Below, in pieces: positions 21,680 to 41,030 of a DNA stretch of 64,000 nt. Below the pieces are notes generated by a model, which had not been told where the DNA came from, searched no databases, and saw only the letters and a list, made by a program, of their open reading frames with translations. Each line of letters opens with the position of its first letter. Positions within the stretch are counted from its first letter, which is position 1. The position numbers were made by a program, and so were the translations under genes. Source of the stretch: the human T2T-CHM13v2.0 reference genome, Homo sapiens; assembly GCF_009914755.1 (NCBI RefSeq), contig NC_060948.1. One strand, 5' to 3'.

Positions 21680-23777
21680 AGATCCATATTTTTTAAATGA
21701 AAAAAAATTTCAAAGGTACTCTGCTTGGTACAATAATCAAATGTATAAACTGAGGAATAAAACATAACCATGAAACCTACTTATAACTGCATATGGAAAA
21801 TACAGAGGATAATTTTTTAAATAACATATTTTGAAAGCCTTAACTAGTAATTTGAAGAGTTGGCATTTGAAAGGCCAGTATGAATATACCTTCAAAGCAG
21901 CAACACAGGTTCCCCATGAGAAAAAGCAAACACAGGGAAAATAAAAACACAAAGGTTCAATCTCTTCTGACCTTTGAAAGACACAGCACAGACAGTGGTC
22001 CTTAGGACGAAGAGCAGGAGACCCCTAATTCCGTCACCATGGCGATAGGGCATAAACATTGCTGGGTGAGGGCACAATCCACATTGTGAGGTCCAACTGC
22101 TGCCAGGAAGACAGGAGTGCTTTTACATAGACCGAAAGGTCATTGAAGGCTCAGAGTTTTGTTTCAAGAACTGAATCCCAAGCCCACACGTTATTAGGCT
22201 GCGCTTCTTAAAACAAGTTATGAGATGGGAAAAAGGACACCCACAAACATACGTATACATTATGTATATAATAATATACAGTATCATATATATAATATAT
22301 ATAACCTATGTATAATATTGTTTTACATCCTGCATCTTATGTCATATATATTGTATAAAATATAATAATTGATAATATATAAGTTTTATATTTATACAAT
22401 ATGACATATAGTATATATTATTATTTATGACATATATAATATATGTTATATATCATATATAGAATATATTAAACGGTTAATATACGTATTAAATATAAAT
22501 TATACATTATATATATTATATATAATATATCTGTTATATATAATACCCATTATGCATAATAAATATTTTATGTCTATGTTATATATAGTATAAAACAACA
22601 TATAATAATATATAATTGTATATATAAAATGCGACATATAATATATATTATATTTTATAACATATGTAATATATATTATATATTATATATAATACGTTGA
22701 ATGTATAATACCTATATTAAATATATATTATATGACTATGTTATTAATTACATGTCACATGTGTTATATATTATATATTTTACATAGAATATACCGGTTA
22801 CATACAATATATACTATGTTACCTATAATGTATAATTTATTACATGTAAAATAAAGAATGCAATATATTATGTATAATTTATAATATACAATATGTGGAA
22901 TGTGATATATATAACATATAATATATGATATATGATATACAGTATATGATATATAACATACAATATATGATTCCTAATATATATGGTATACAATATATAT
23001 TTTATGATATGTATTCTATATGTTTTATATTCTGTTATATAAAACTATTTGAAATTATATATAACTGTATAATATTTTATGTAAATATGTAATATAATAT
23101 ATATAACTATATAATATATTATATATAACTATATATTATGTTATATATACTTTTATAACATAATTTACATAAAATATCATAATATAATATATATTATATT
23201 ATTTCATATTACATAATATATATTACATATCACCCAATATAACTAACATACATAATATTATAATATAGATTATATTGTGTTATATTAAATATCATATATA
23301 TCATGTATCATATATTCTATAATATATATTACACATTATATAATATGTATGTTGTCTATTATGTGATATATATAACTATATATATAATTATATTTTTATA
23401 CATATAACTGGATAAACATGTAATTCTACATATTTTCATTTATAATATGTAGAATTATATAATCATATATAATTATTTATATTCTATAAAAAATTTTATC
23501 ATTATATAAATTATAATATATAAAAATTATAATATGTACTACAAATATATATATTATATATCATATATGATATAGTACCTTTGTTATATATCATAATACA
23601 TATAAATGTGTATTATGTTATCTATAATTATATAATTTCATATATAAGATGTATAATATGTATCATATATTATATATGTTATGTAATATATATAGTATAT
23701 ATAAGATGACACAGGATAAATATTATATACTATGACATATAAAATATATGAGGTTATATGTTACATATAAGGCATAG

Positions 23778-24098
<321 letters not shown>

Positions 24099-26203
24099 AG
24101 ATCCATATTTTTTAAATGAAAAAAAATTTCAAAGGTACTCTGCTTGGTACAATAATCAAATGTATAAACTGAGGAATAAAACATAACCATGAAACCTACT
24201 TATAACTGCATATGGAAAATACAGAGGATAATTTTTTAAATAACATATTTTGAAAGCCTTAACTAGTAATTTGAAGAGTTGGCATTTGAAAGGCCAGTAT
24301 GAATATACCTTCAAAGCAGCAACACAGGTTCCCCATGAGAAAAAGCAAACACAGGGAAAATAAAAACACAAAGGTTCAATCTCTTCTGACCTTTGAAAGA
24401 CACAGCACAGACAGTGGTCCTTAGGACGAAGAGCAGGAGACCCCTAATTCCGTCACCATGGCGATAGGGCATAAACATTGCTGGGTGAGGGCACAATCCA
24501 CATTGTGAGGTCCAACTGCTGCCAGGAAGACAGGAGTGCTTTTACATAGACCGAAAGGTCATTGAAGGCTCAGAGTTTTGTTTCAAGAACTGAATCCCAA
24601 GCCCACACGTTATTAGGCTGCGCTTCTTAAAACAAGTTATGAGATGGGAAAAAGGGCACCCACAAACATACGTATACATTATGTATATAATAATATACAG
24701 TATCATATATATAATATATATAACCTATGTATAATATTGTTTTACATCCTACATCTTATGTTATATATATTTTATAAAATATAATAATTGATAATATATA
24801 AGTTTTATATTTATACAATATGACATATAGTATATATTATAATTTATGACATATATAATATATGTTATATGTCATATATAGAATATATTATACGGTTAAT
24901 ATACGTATTAAATATAAATTATACATTATATATATTATATATAATATATCTGTTATATATAATACCCATTATGCATAATATATATATTATGTCTATGTTA
25001 TATATAGTATAAAACAACATATAATAATATATAATTGTATATATAAAATGCGACATATAATATATATTATATTTTATAACATATGTAATATATATTATAT
25101 ATTATATATAATACGTTGTATGTATAATACCTATATTAAATATATATTATATGACTATGTTATTAATTACATGTCACATGTGTTATATATTATATATTTT
25201 ACATAGAATATACCGGTTACATACAATATATACTATGTTACCTATAATGTATAATTTATTACATGTAAAATAAAGAATGCAATATATTATGTATAATTTA
25301 TAATATACCATATGTGGAATGTGATATATATAACATATAATATATGATATATGATATACAGTATATGATATATAACATACAATATATGATTCCTAATATA
25401 TATGGTATACAATATATATTTTATGATATGTATTCTATATGTTTTATATTCTGTTATATATAACTATTTGAAAATATATATAACTGTATAATATTTTATG
25501 TAAATATGTAATATAATATATATAACTATATAATATATTATATATAACTATATATTATGTTATATATACTTTTATAACATAATTTACATAAAATATCATA
25601 ATATAATATATATTATATTATTTCATATTACATAATATATATTACATATCACCCAATATAACTAACATACATAATATTATAATATAGATTATATTGTGTT
25701 ATATTAAATATCATATATATCATGTATCATATATTCTATAATATATATTACACATTATATAATATGTATGTTGTCTATTATGTGATATATATAACTATAT
25801 ATATAATTATATTTTTATACATATAACTAGATAAACATGTAATTCTACATATTTTCATTTATAATATGTAGAATTATATAATCATATATAATTATTTATA
25901 TTCTATAAAAAATTTTATCATTATATAAATTATAATATATAAAAATTATAATATGTACTACAAATATATATATTATATATCATATATGATATAGTACCTT
26001 TGTTATATATCATAATACATATAAATGTGTATTATGTTATCTATAATTATATAATTTCATATATAAGATGTATAATATGTATCATATATTATATATGTTA
26101 TGTAATATATACAGTATATATAAGATGACACAGGATAAATATTATATACTATGACATATAAAATATATGAGGTTATATGTTACATATAAGGCATAGCACA
26201 TAA

Positions 26204-26518
<315 letters not shown>

Positions 26519-28621
26519 AGATCCATATTTTTTAAATGAAAAAAAATTTCAAAGGTACTCTGCTTGGTACAATAATCAAATGTATAAACTGAGGAATAAA
26601 ACATAACCATGAAACCTACTTATAACTGCATATGGAAAATACAGAGGATAATTTTTTAAATAACATATTTTGAAAGCCTTAACTAGTAATTTGAAGAGCT
26701 GGCATTTGAAAGGCCAGTATGAATATACCTTCAAAGCAGCAACACAGGTTCCCCATGAGAAAAAGCAAACACAGGGAAAATAAAAACACAAAGGTTCAAT
26801 CTCTTCTGACCTTTGAAAGACACAGCACAGACAGTGGTCCTGAGGACGAAGAGCGGGAGACCCCTAATTCCGTCACCATGGCGATAGGGCATAAACATTG
26901 CTGGGTGAGGGCACAATCCACATTGTGAGGTCCAACTGCTGCCAGGAAGACAGGAGTGCTTTTACATAGAGCGAAAGGTCATTGAAGGCTCAGAGTTTTG
27001 TTTCAAGAACTGAATCCCAAGCCCACACGTTATTAGGCTGCGCTTCTTAAAACAAGTTATGAGATGGGGAAAAGGGCACCCACAAACATACGTATACATT
27101 ATGTATATAATAATATACAGTATCATATATATAATATATATAACCTATGTATAATATTGTTTTACATCCTGCATCTTATGTTATATATATTGTATAAAAT
27201 ATAATAATTGATAATATATAAGTTTTATAATTATACAATATGACATATAGTATATATTATAATTTATGACATATAATATATGTTATATGTCATATATAGA
27301 ATATATTATACGGTTAATATACGTATTAAATATAAATTATACATTATATATATTATATATAATATATCTGTTATATATAATACCCATTATGCATAATATA
27401 TATATTATGTCTATGTTATATATAGTATAAAACAACATATAATAATATATAATTGTATATATAAAATGCGACATATAATATATATTATATTTTATAACAT
27501 ATGTAATATATATTATATATTATATATAATACGTTGTATGTATAATACCTATATTAAATATATATTATATGACTATGTTATTAATTACATGTCACATGTG
27601 TTATATATTATATATTTTACATAGAATATACCGGTTACATACAATATATACTATGTTACCTAAAATGTATAATTTATTACAAGTAAAATAAAGAATGCAA
27701 TATATTATGTATAATTTATAATATACCATATGTGGAATGTGACATATATAACATATAATATAGGATATATGATATACAGTATATGATATATAACATATAA
27801 TATATGATTCCTAATATATATGTTATACAATATATATTTTATGATATGTATTCTATATGTTTTATATTCTGTTATATATAACTATTTGAAATTATATATA
27901 ACTGTATAATATTTTATGTAAATATGTAATATAATATATATAACTATATAATATATTATATATAACTATATATTATGTTATATATACTTTTATAACATAA
28001 TTTACATAAAATATCATAATATAATATATATTATATTATTTCATATTACATAATATATATTACATATCACCCAATATAACTAACATACAGAATATTATAA
28101 TATAGATTATATTGTGTTATATTAAATATCATATATATCATGTATCATATATTCTATAATATATATTACACATTATATAATATGTATGTTGTCTATTATG
28201 TGATATATATAACTGTATATATAATTATATTTTTATACATATAACTAGATAAACATGTAATTCTACATATTTTCATTTATAATATGTAGAATTATATAAT
28301 CATATATAATCATTTATATTCTATAAAAAATTTTATCATTATATAAATTATAATATATAAAAATTATAATATGTACTACAAATATATATATTATATATCA
28401 TATATGATATAGTACCTTTGTTATATATCATAATACATATAAATGTGTATTATGTTATCTATAATTATATAATTTCATATATAAGATGTATAATATGTAT
28501 CATATATTATATATGTTATGTAATATATATAGTATATATAAGATGACACAGGATAAATATTATATACTATGACATATAAAATATATGAGGTTATATGTTA
28601 CATATAAGGCATAGCACATAA

Positions 28622-28936
<315 letters not shown>

Positions 28937-31041
28937 AGATCCATATTTTTTAAATGAAAAAAAATTTCAAAGGTACTCTGCTTGGTACAATAATCAAATG
29001 TATAAACTGAGGAATAAAACATAACCATGAAACCTACTTATAACTGCATATGGAAAATACAGAGGATAATTTTTTAAATAACATATTTTGAAAGCCTTAA
29101 CTAGTAATTTGAAGAGTTGGCATTTGAAAGGCCAGTATGAATATACCTTCAAAGCAGCAACACAGGTTCCCCATGAGAAAAAGCAAACACAGGGAAAATA
29201 AAAACACAAAGGTTCAATCTCTTCTGACCTTTGAAAGACACAGCACAGACAGTGGTCCTTAGGACGAAGAGCAGGAGACCCCTAATTCCGTCACCATGGC
29301 GATAGGGCATAAACATTGCTGGGTGAGGGCACAATCCACATTGTGAGGTCCAACTGCTGCCAGGAAGACAGGAGTGCTTTTACATAGACCGAAAGGTCAT
29401 TGAAGGCTCAGAGTTTTGTTTCAAGAACTGAATCCCAAGCCCACACGTTATTAGGCTGCGCTTCTTAAAACAAGTTATGAGATGGGAAAAAGGGCACCCA
29501 CAAACATACGTATACATTATGTATATAATAATATACAGTATCATATATATAATATATATAACCTATGTATAATATTGTTTTACATCCTACATCTTATGTT
29601 ATATATATTTTATAAAATATAATAATTGATAATATATAAGTTTTATATTTATACAATATGACATATAGTATATATTATAATTTATGACATATATAATATA
29701 TGTTATATGTCATATATAGAATATATTATACGGTTAATATACGTATTAAATATAAATTATACATTATATATATTATATATAATATATCTGTTATATATAA
29801 TACCCATTATGCATAATATATATATTATGTCTATGTTATATATAGTATAAAACAACATATAATAATATATAATTGTATATATAAAATGCGACATATAATA
29901 TATATTATATTTTATAACATATGTAATATATATTATATATTATATATAATACGTTGTATGTATAATACCTATATTAAATATATATTATATGACTATGTTA
30001 TTAATTACATGTCACATGTGTTATATATTATATATTTTACATAGAATATACCGGTTACATACAATATATACTATGTTACCTATAATGTATAATTTATTAC
30101 ATGTAAAATAAAGAATGCAATATATTATGTATAATTTATAATATACCATATGTGGAATGTGATATATATAACATATAATATATGATATATGATATACAGT
30201 ATATGATATATAACATACAATATATGATTCCTAATATATATGGTATACAATATATATTTTATGATATGTATTCTATATGTTTTATATTCTGTTATATATA
30301 ACTATTTGAAAATATATATAACTGTATAATATTTTATGTAAATATGTAATATAATATATATAACTATATAATATATTATATATAACTATATATTATGTTA
30401 TATATACTTTTATAACATAATTTACATAAAATATCATAATATAATATATATTATATTATTTCATATTACATAATATATATTACATATCACCCAATATAAC
30501 TAACATACATAATATTATAATATAGATTATATTGTGTTATATTAAATATCATATATATCATGTATCATATATTCTATAATATATATTACACATTATATAA
30601 TATGTATGTTGTCTATTATGTGATATATATAACTATATATATAATTATATTTTTATACATATAACTAGATAAACATGTAATTCTACATATTTTCATTTAT
30701 AATATGTAGAATTATATAATCATATATAATTATTTATATTCTATAAAAAATTTTATCATTATATAAATTATAATATATAAAAATTATAATATGTACTACA
30801 AATATATATATTATATATCATATATGATATAGTACCTTTGTTATATATCATAATACATATAAATGTGTATTATGTTATCTATAATTATATAATTTCATAT
30901 ATAAGATGTATAATATGTATCATATATTATATATGTTATGTAATATATACAGTATATATAAGATGACACAGGATAAATATTATATACTATGACATATAAA
31001 ATATATGAGGTTATATGTTACATATAAGGCATAGCACATAA

Positions 31042-31356
<315 letters not shown>

Positions 31357-33482
31357 AGATCCATATTTTTTAAATGAAAAAAAATTTCAAAGGTACTCTG
31401 CTTGGTACAATAATCAAATGTATAAACTGAGGAATAAAACATAACCATGAAACCTACTTATAACTGCATATGGAAAATACAGAGGATAATTTTTTAAATA
31501 ACATATTTTGAAAGCCTTAACTAGTAATTTGAAGAGCTGGCATTTGAAAGGCCAGTATGAATATACCTTCAAAGCAGCAACACAGGTTCCCCATGAGAAA
31601 AAGCAAACACAGGGAAAATAAAAACACAAAGGTTCAATCTCTTCTGACCTTTGAAAGACACAGCACAGACAGTGGTCCTGAGGACGAAGAGCGGGAGACC
31701 CCTAATTCCGTCACCATGGCGATAGGGCATAAACATTGCTGGGTGAGGGCACAATCCACATTGTGAGGTCCAACTGCTGCCAGGAAGACAGGAGTGCTTT
31801 TACATAGACCGAAAGGTCATTGAAGGCTCAGAGTTTTGTTTCAAGAACTGAATCCCAAGCCCACACGTTATTAGGCTGCGCTTCTTAAAACAAGTTATGA
31901 GATGGGGAAAAGGGCACCCACAAACATACGTATACATTATGTATATAATAATATACAGTATCATATATATAATATATATAACCTATGTATAATATTGTTT
32001 TACATCCTGCATCTTATGTTATATATATTGTATAAAATATAATAATTGATAATATATAAGTTTTATAATTATACAATATGACATATAGTATATATTATAA
32101 TTTATGACATATAATATATGTTATATGTCATATATAGAATATATTATACGGTTAATATACGTATTAAATATAAATTATACATTATATATATTATATATAA
32201 TATATCTGTTATATATAATACCCATTATGCATAATATATATATTATGTCTATGTTATATATAGTATAAAACAACATATAATAATATATAATTGTATATAT
32301 AAAATGCGACATATAATATATATTATATTTTATAACATATGTAATATATATTATATATTATATATAATACGTTGTATGTATAATACCTATATTAAATATA
32401 TATTATATGACTATGTTATTAATTACATGTCACATGTGTTATATATTATATATTTTACATAGAATATACCGGTTACATACAATATATACTATGTTACCTA
32501 AAATGTATAATTTATTACAAGTAAAATAAAGAATGCAATATATTATGTATAATTTATAATATACCATATGTGGAATGTGACATATATAACATATAATATA
32601 TGATATATGATATACAGTATATGATATATAACATATAATATATGATTCCTAATATATATGTCATACAATATATATTTTATGATATGTATTCTATATGTTT
32701 TATATTCTGTTATATATAACTATTTGAAATTATATATAACTGTATAATATTTTATGTAAATATGTAATATAATATATATAACTATATAATATATTATATA
32801 TAACTATATATTATGTTATATATACTTTTATAACATAATTTACATAAAATATCATAATATAATATATATTATATTATTTCATATTACATAATATATATTA
32901 CATATCACCCAATATAACTAACATACAGAATATTATAATATAGATTATATTGTGTTATATTAAATATCATATATATCATGTATCATATATTCTATAATAT
33001 ATATTACACATTATATAATATGTATGTTGTCTATTATGTGATATATATAACTATATATATAATTATATTTTTATACATATAACTAGATAAACATGTAATT
33101 CTACATATTTTCATTTATAATATGTAGAATTATATAATCATATATAATCATTTATATTCTATAAAAAATTTTATCATTATATAAATTATAATATATAAAA
33201 ATTATAATATGTACTACAAATATATATATTATATATCATATATGATATAGTACCTTTGTTATATATCATAATACATATAAATGTGTATTATGTTATCTAT
33301 AATTATATAATTTCATATATAAGATGTATAATATGTATCATATATTATATATGTTATGTAATATATATAGTATATATAAGATGACACAGGATAAATATTA
33401 TATACTATGACATATAAAATATATGAGGTTATATGTTACATATAAGGCATAGCACATAACATGTAATATATATCATATATAA

Positions 33483-33774
<292 letters not shown>

Positions 33775-35877
33775 AGATCCATATTTTTTAAATGAAAAAA
33801 AATTTCAAAGGTACTCTGCTTGGTACAATAATCAAATGTATAAACTGAGGAATAAAACATAACCATGAAACCTACTTATAACTGCATATGGAAAATACAG
33901 AGGATAATTTTTTAAATAACATATTTTGAAAGCCTTAACTAGTAATTTGAAGAGTTGGCATTTGAAAGGCCAGTATGAATATACCTTCAAAGCAGCAACA
34001 CAGGTTCCCCATGAGAAAAAGCAAACACAGGGAAAATAAAAACACAAAGGTTCAATCTCTTCTGACCTTTGAAAGACACAGCACAGACAGTGGTCCTTAG
34101 GACGAAGAGCAGGAGACCCCTAATTCCGTCACCATGGCGATAGGGCATAAACATTGCTGGGTGAGGGCACAATCCACATTGTGAGGTCCAACTGCTGCCA
34201 GGAAGACAGGAGTGCTTTTACATAGACCGAAAGGTCATTGAAGGCTCAGAGTTTTGTTTCAAGAACTGAATCCCAAGCCCACACGTTATTAGGCTGCGCT
34301 TCTTAAAACAAGTTATGAGATGGGAAAAAGGGCACCCACAAACATACGTATACATTATGTATATAATAATATACAGTATCATATATATAATATATATAAC
34401 CTATGTATAATATTGTTTTACATCCTGCATCTTATGTTATATATATTGTATAAAATATAATAATTGATAATATATAAGTTTTATAATTATACAATATGAA
34501 ATATAGTATATATTATAATTTATGACATATATAATATATGTTATATATCATATATAGAATATATTCTACGGTTAATATACGTATTAAATATAAATTATAC
34601 ATTATATATATTATATATAATATATCTGTTATATATAATACCCATTATGCAAAATATATATATTATGTCTATGTTATATATAGTATAAAACAACATATAA
34701 TAATATATAATTGTATATATAAAATGCGACATATAATATATATTATATTTTATAACATATGTAATATATATTATATATTATATATAATACGTTGTATGTA
34801 TAATACCTATATTAAATATATATTATATGACTATGTTATTAATTACATGTCACATGTGTTATATATTATATATTTTACATAGAATATACCGGTTACATAC
34901 AATATATACTATGTTACCTATAATGTATAATTTATTACATGTAAAATAAAGAATGCAATATATTATGTATAATTTATAATATACAATATGTGGAATGTGA
35001 TATATATAACATATAATATATGATATATGATATACAGTATATGATATATAACATACAATATATGATTCCTAATATATATGGTATACAATATATATTTTAT
35101 GATATGTATTCTATATGTTTTATATTCTGTCATATATAACTATTTGAAATTATATATAACTGTATAATATTTTATGTAAATATGTAATATAATATATAAC
35201 TATATAATATATTATATATAACTATATATTATGTTATATATACTTTTATAACATAATTTACATAAAATATCATAATATAATATATATTATATTATTTCAT
35301 ATTACATAATATATACTACATATCACCCAATATAACTAACATACATAATATTATAATATAGATTATATTGTGTTATATTAAATATCATATATATCATGTA
35401 TCATATATTCTATAATATATATTACACATTATATAATATGTATGTTGTCTATTATGTGATATATATAACTATATATATAATTATATTTTTATACATATAA
35501 CTAGATAAACATGTAATTCTACATATTTTCATTTATAAAATGCAGAATTATATAATCATATATAATTATTTATATTCTATAAAAAATTTTATCATTATAC
35601 AAATTATAATATATAAAAATTATAATATGTACTACAAATATATATATTATATATCATATATGATATAGTACCTTTGTTATATATCATAATACATATAAAT
35701 GTGTATTATGTTATCTATAATTATATAATTTCATATATAAGATGTATAATATGTATCATATATTATATATGTTATGTAATATATATAGTATATATAAGAT
35801 GACACAGGATAAATATTATATACTATGACATATTAAATATATGAGGTTATATGTTACATATAAGGCATAGCACATAA

Positions 35878-36192
<315 letters not shown>

Positions 36193-38297
36193 AGATCCAT
36201 ATTTTTTAAATGAAAAAAAATTTCAAAGGTACTCTGCTTGGTACAATAATCAAATGTATAAACTGAGGAATAAAACATAACCATGAAACCTACTTATAAC
36301 TGCATATGGAAAATACAGAGGATAATTTTTTAAATAACATATTTTGAAAGCCTTAACTAGTAATTTGAAGAGTTGGCATTTGAAAGGCCAGTATGAATAT
36401 ACCTTCAAAGCAGCAACACAGGTTCCCCATGAGAAAAAGCAAACACAGGGAAAATAAAAACACAAAGGTTCAATCTCTTCTGACCTTTGAAAGACACAGC
36501 ACAGACAGTGGTCCTTAGGACGAAGAGCAGGAGACCCCTAATTCCGTCACCATGGCGATAGGGCATAAACATTGCTGGGTGAGGGCACAATCCACATTGT
36601 GAGGTCCAACTGCTGCCAGGAAGACAGGAGTGCTTTTACATAGACCGAAAGGTCATTGAAGGCTCAGAGTTTTGTTTCAAGAACTGAATCCCAAGCCCAC
36701 ACGTTATTAGGCTGCGCTTCTTAAAACAAGTTATGAGATGGGAAAAAGGGCACCCACAAACATACGTATACATTATGTATATAATAATATACAGTATCAT
36801 ATATATAATATATATAACCTATGTATAATATTGTTTTACATCCTGCATCTTATGTTATATATATTGTATAAAATATAATAATTGATAATATATAAGTTTT
36901 ATAATTATACAATATGACATATAGTATATATTATAATTTATGACATATATAATATATGTTATATATCATATATAGAATATATTATACGGTTAATATACGT
37001 ATTAAATATAAATTATACATTATATATATTATATATAATATATCTGTTATATATAATACCCATTATGCATAATATATATATTATGTCTATGTTATATATA
37101 GTATAAAACAACATATAATAATATATAATTGTATATATAAAATGCGACATATAATATATATTATATTTTATAACATATGTAATATATATTATATATTATA
37201 TATAATACGTTGTATGTATAATACCTATATTAAATATATATTATATGACTATTTTATTAATTACGTGTCACATGTGTTATATATTATATATTTTACATAG
37301 AATATACCGGTTACATACAATATATACTATGTTACCTATAATGTATAATTTATTACATGTAAAATAAAGAATGCAATATATTATGTATAATTTATAATAT
37401 ACAATATGTGGAATGTGATATATGTAACATATAATATATGATATATGATATACAGTATATGATATATAACATACAATATATGATTCCTAATATATATGGT
37501 ATACAATATATATTTTATGATATGTATTCTATATGTTTTATATTCTGTCATATATAACTATTTGAAATTATATATAACTGTATAATATTTTATGTAAATA
37601 TGTAATATAATATATATAACTATATAATATATTATATATAACTATATATTATGTTATATATACTTTTATAACATTATTTACATAAAATATCATAATATAA
37701 TATATATTATATTATTTCATATTACATATTATATATTACATATCACCCAATATAACTAACATACATAATATTATAATATAGATTATATTATGTTATATTA
37801 AATATCATATATATCATGTATCATATATTCTATAATATATATTACACATTATATAATATGTATGTTGTCTATTATGTGATATATATAACTATATATATAA
37901 TTATATTTTTATACATATAACTAGATAAACATGTAATTCTACATATTTTCATTTATAATATGTAGAATTATATAATCATATATAATCATTTATATTCTAT
38001 AAAAAATTTTATCATTATATAAATTATAATATATAAAAATTATAATATGTACTACAAATATATATATTATATATCATATATGATATAGTACCTTTGTTAT
38101 ATATCATAATACATATAAATGTGTATTATGTTATCTATAATTATATAATTTCATATATAAGATGTATAATATGTATCATATATTATATATGTTATGTAAT
38201 ATATATAGTATATATAAGATGACACAGGATAAATATTATATACTATGACATATTAAATATATGAGGTTATATGTTACATATAAGGCATAGCACATAA

Positions 38298-38612
<315 letters not shown>

Positions 38613-40715
38613 AGATCCATATTTTTTAAATGAAAAAAAATTTCAAAGGTACTCTGCTTGGTACAATAATCAAATGTATAAACTGAGGAATAAAACATAA
38701 CCATGAAACCTACTTATAACTGCATATGGAAAATACAGAGGATAATTTTTTAAATAACATATTTTGAAAGCCTTAACTAGTAATTTGAAGAGTTGGCATT
38801 TGAAAGGCCAGTATGAATATACCTTCAAAGCAGCAACACAGGTTCCCCATGAGAAAAAGCAAACACAGGGAAAATAAAAACACAAAGGTTCAATCTCTTC
38901 TGACCTTTGAAAGACACAGCACAGACAGTGGTCCTTAGGACGAAGAGCAGGAGACCCCTAATTCCGTCACCATGGCGATAGGGCATAAACATTGCTGGGT
39001 GAGGGCACAATCCACATTGTGAGGTCCAACTGCTGCCAGGAAGACAGGAGTGCTTTTACATAGACCGAAAGGTCATTGAAGGCTCAGAGTTTTGTTTCAA
39101 GAACTGAATCCCAAGCCCACACGTTATTAGGCTGCGCTTCTTAAAACAAGTTATGAGATGGGAAAAAGGGCACCCACAAACATACGTATACATTATGTAT
39201 ATAATAATATACAGTATCATATATATAATATATATAACCTATGTATAATATTGTTTTACATCCTGCATCTTATGTTATATATATTGTATAAAATATAATA
39301 ATTGATAATATATAAGTTTTATAATTATACAATATGAAATATAGTATATATTATAATTTATGACATATATAATATATGTTATATATCATATATAGAATAT
39401 ATTATACGGTTAATATACGTATTAAATATAAATTATACATTATATATATTATATATAATATATCTGTTATATATAATACCCATTATGCAAAATATATATA
39501 TTATGTCTATGTTATATATAGTATAAAACAACATATAATAATATATAATTGTATATATAAAATGCGACATATAATATATATTATATTTTATAACATATGT
39601 AATATATATTATATATTATATATAATACGTTGTATGTATAATACCTATATTAAATATATATTATATGACTATGTTATTAATTACATGTCACATGTGTTAT
39701 ATATTATATATTTTACATAGAATATACCGGTTACATACAATATATACTATGTTACCTATAATGTATAATTTATTACATGTAAAATAAAGAATGCAATATA
39801 TTATGTATAATTTATAATATACAATATGTGGAATGTGATATATATAACATATAATATATGATATATGATATACAGTATATGATATATAACATACAATATA
39901 TGATTCCTAATATATATGGTATACAATATATATTTTATGATATGTATTCTATATGTTTTATATTCTGTCATATATAACTATTTGAAATTATATATAACTG
40001 TATAATATTTTATGTAAATATGTAATATAATATATAACTATATAATATATTATATATAACTATATATTATGTTATATATACTTTTATAACATAATTTACA
40101 TAAAATATCATAATATAATATATATTATATTATTTCATATTACATAATATATACTACATATCACCCAATATAACTAACATACATAATATTATAATATAGA
40201 TTATATTGTGTTATATTAAATATCATATATATCATGTATCATATATTCTATAATATATATTACACATTATATAATATGTATGTTGTCTATTATGTGATAT
40301 ATATAACTATATATATAATTATATTTTTATACATATAACTAGATAAACATGTAATTCTACATATTTTCATTTATAAAATGCAGAATTATATAATCATATA
40401 TAATTATTTATATTCTATAAAAAATTTTATCATTATACAAATTATAATATATAAAAATTATAATATGTACTACAAATATATATATTATATATCATATATG
40501 ATATAGTACCTTTGTTATATATCATAATACATATAAATGTGTATTATGTTATCTATAATTATATAATTTCATATATAAGATGTATAATATGTATCATATA
40601 TTATATATGTTATGTAATATATATAGTATATATAAGATGACACAGGATAAATATTATATACTATGACATATTAAATATATGAGGTTATATGTTACATATA
40701 AGGCATAGCACATAA

Positions 40716-41030
<315 letters not shown>

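Noticed and set aside
26719-26928. 69-aa ORF in U12/U14 and 60-aa ORF in U6/U9
   Set aside because: Each is created by a single substitution (TAG>GAG; a new GTG start) in duplicated units.
34538-34882. 114-aa I/Y/N-rich ORF in six units
   Set aside because: Translation of TA low-complexity DNA, opened by a single stop-loss (T>A at 34652). Useful only as a lineage marker.
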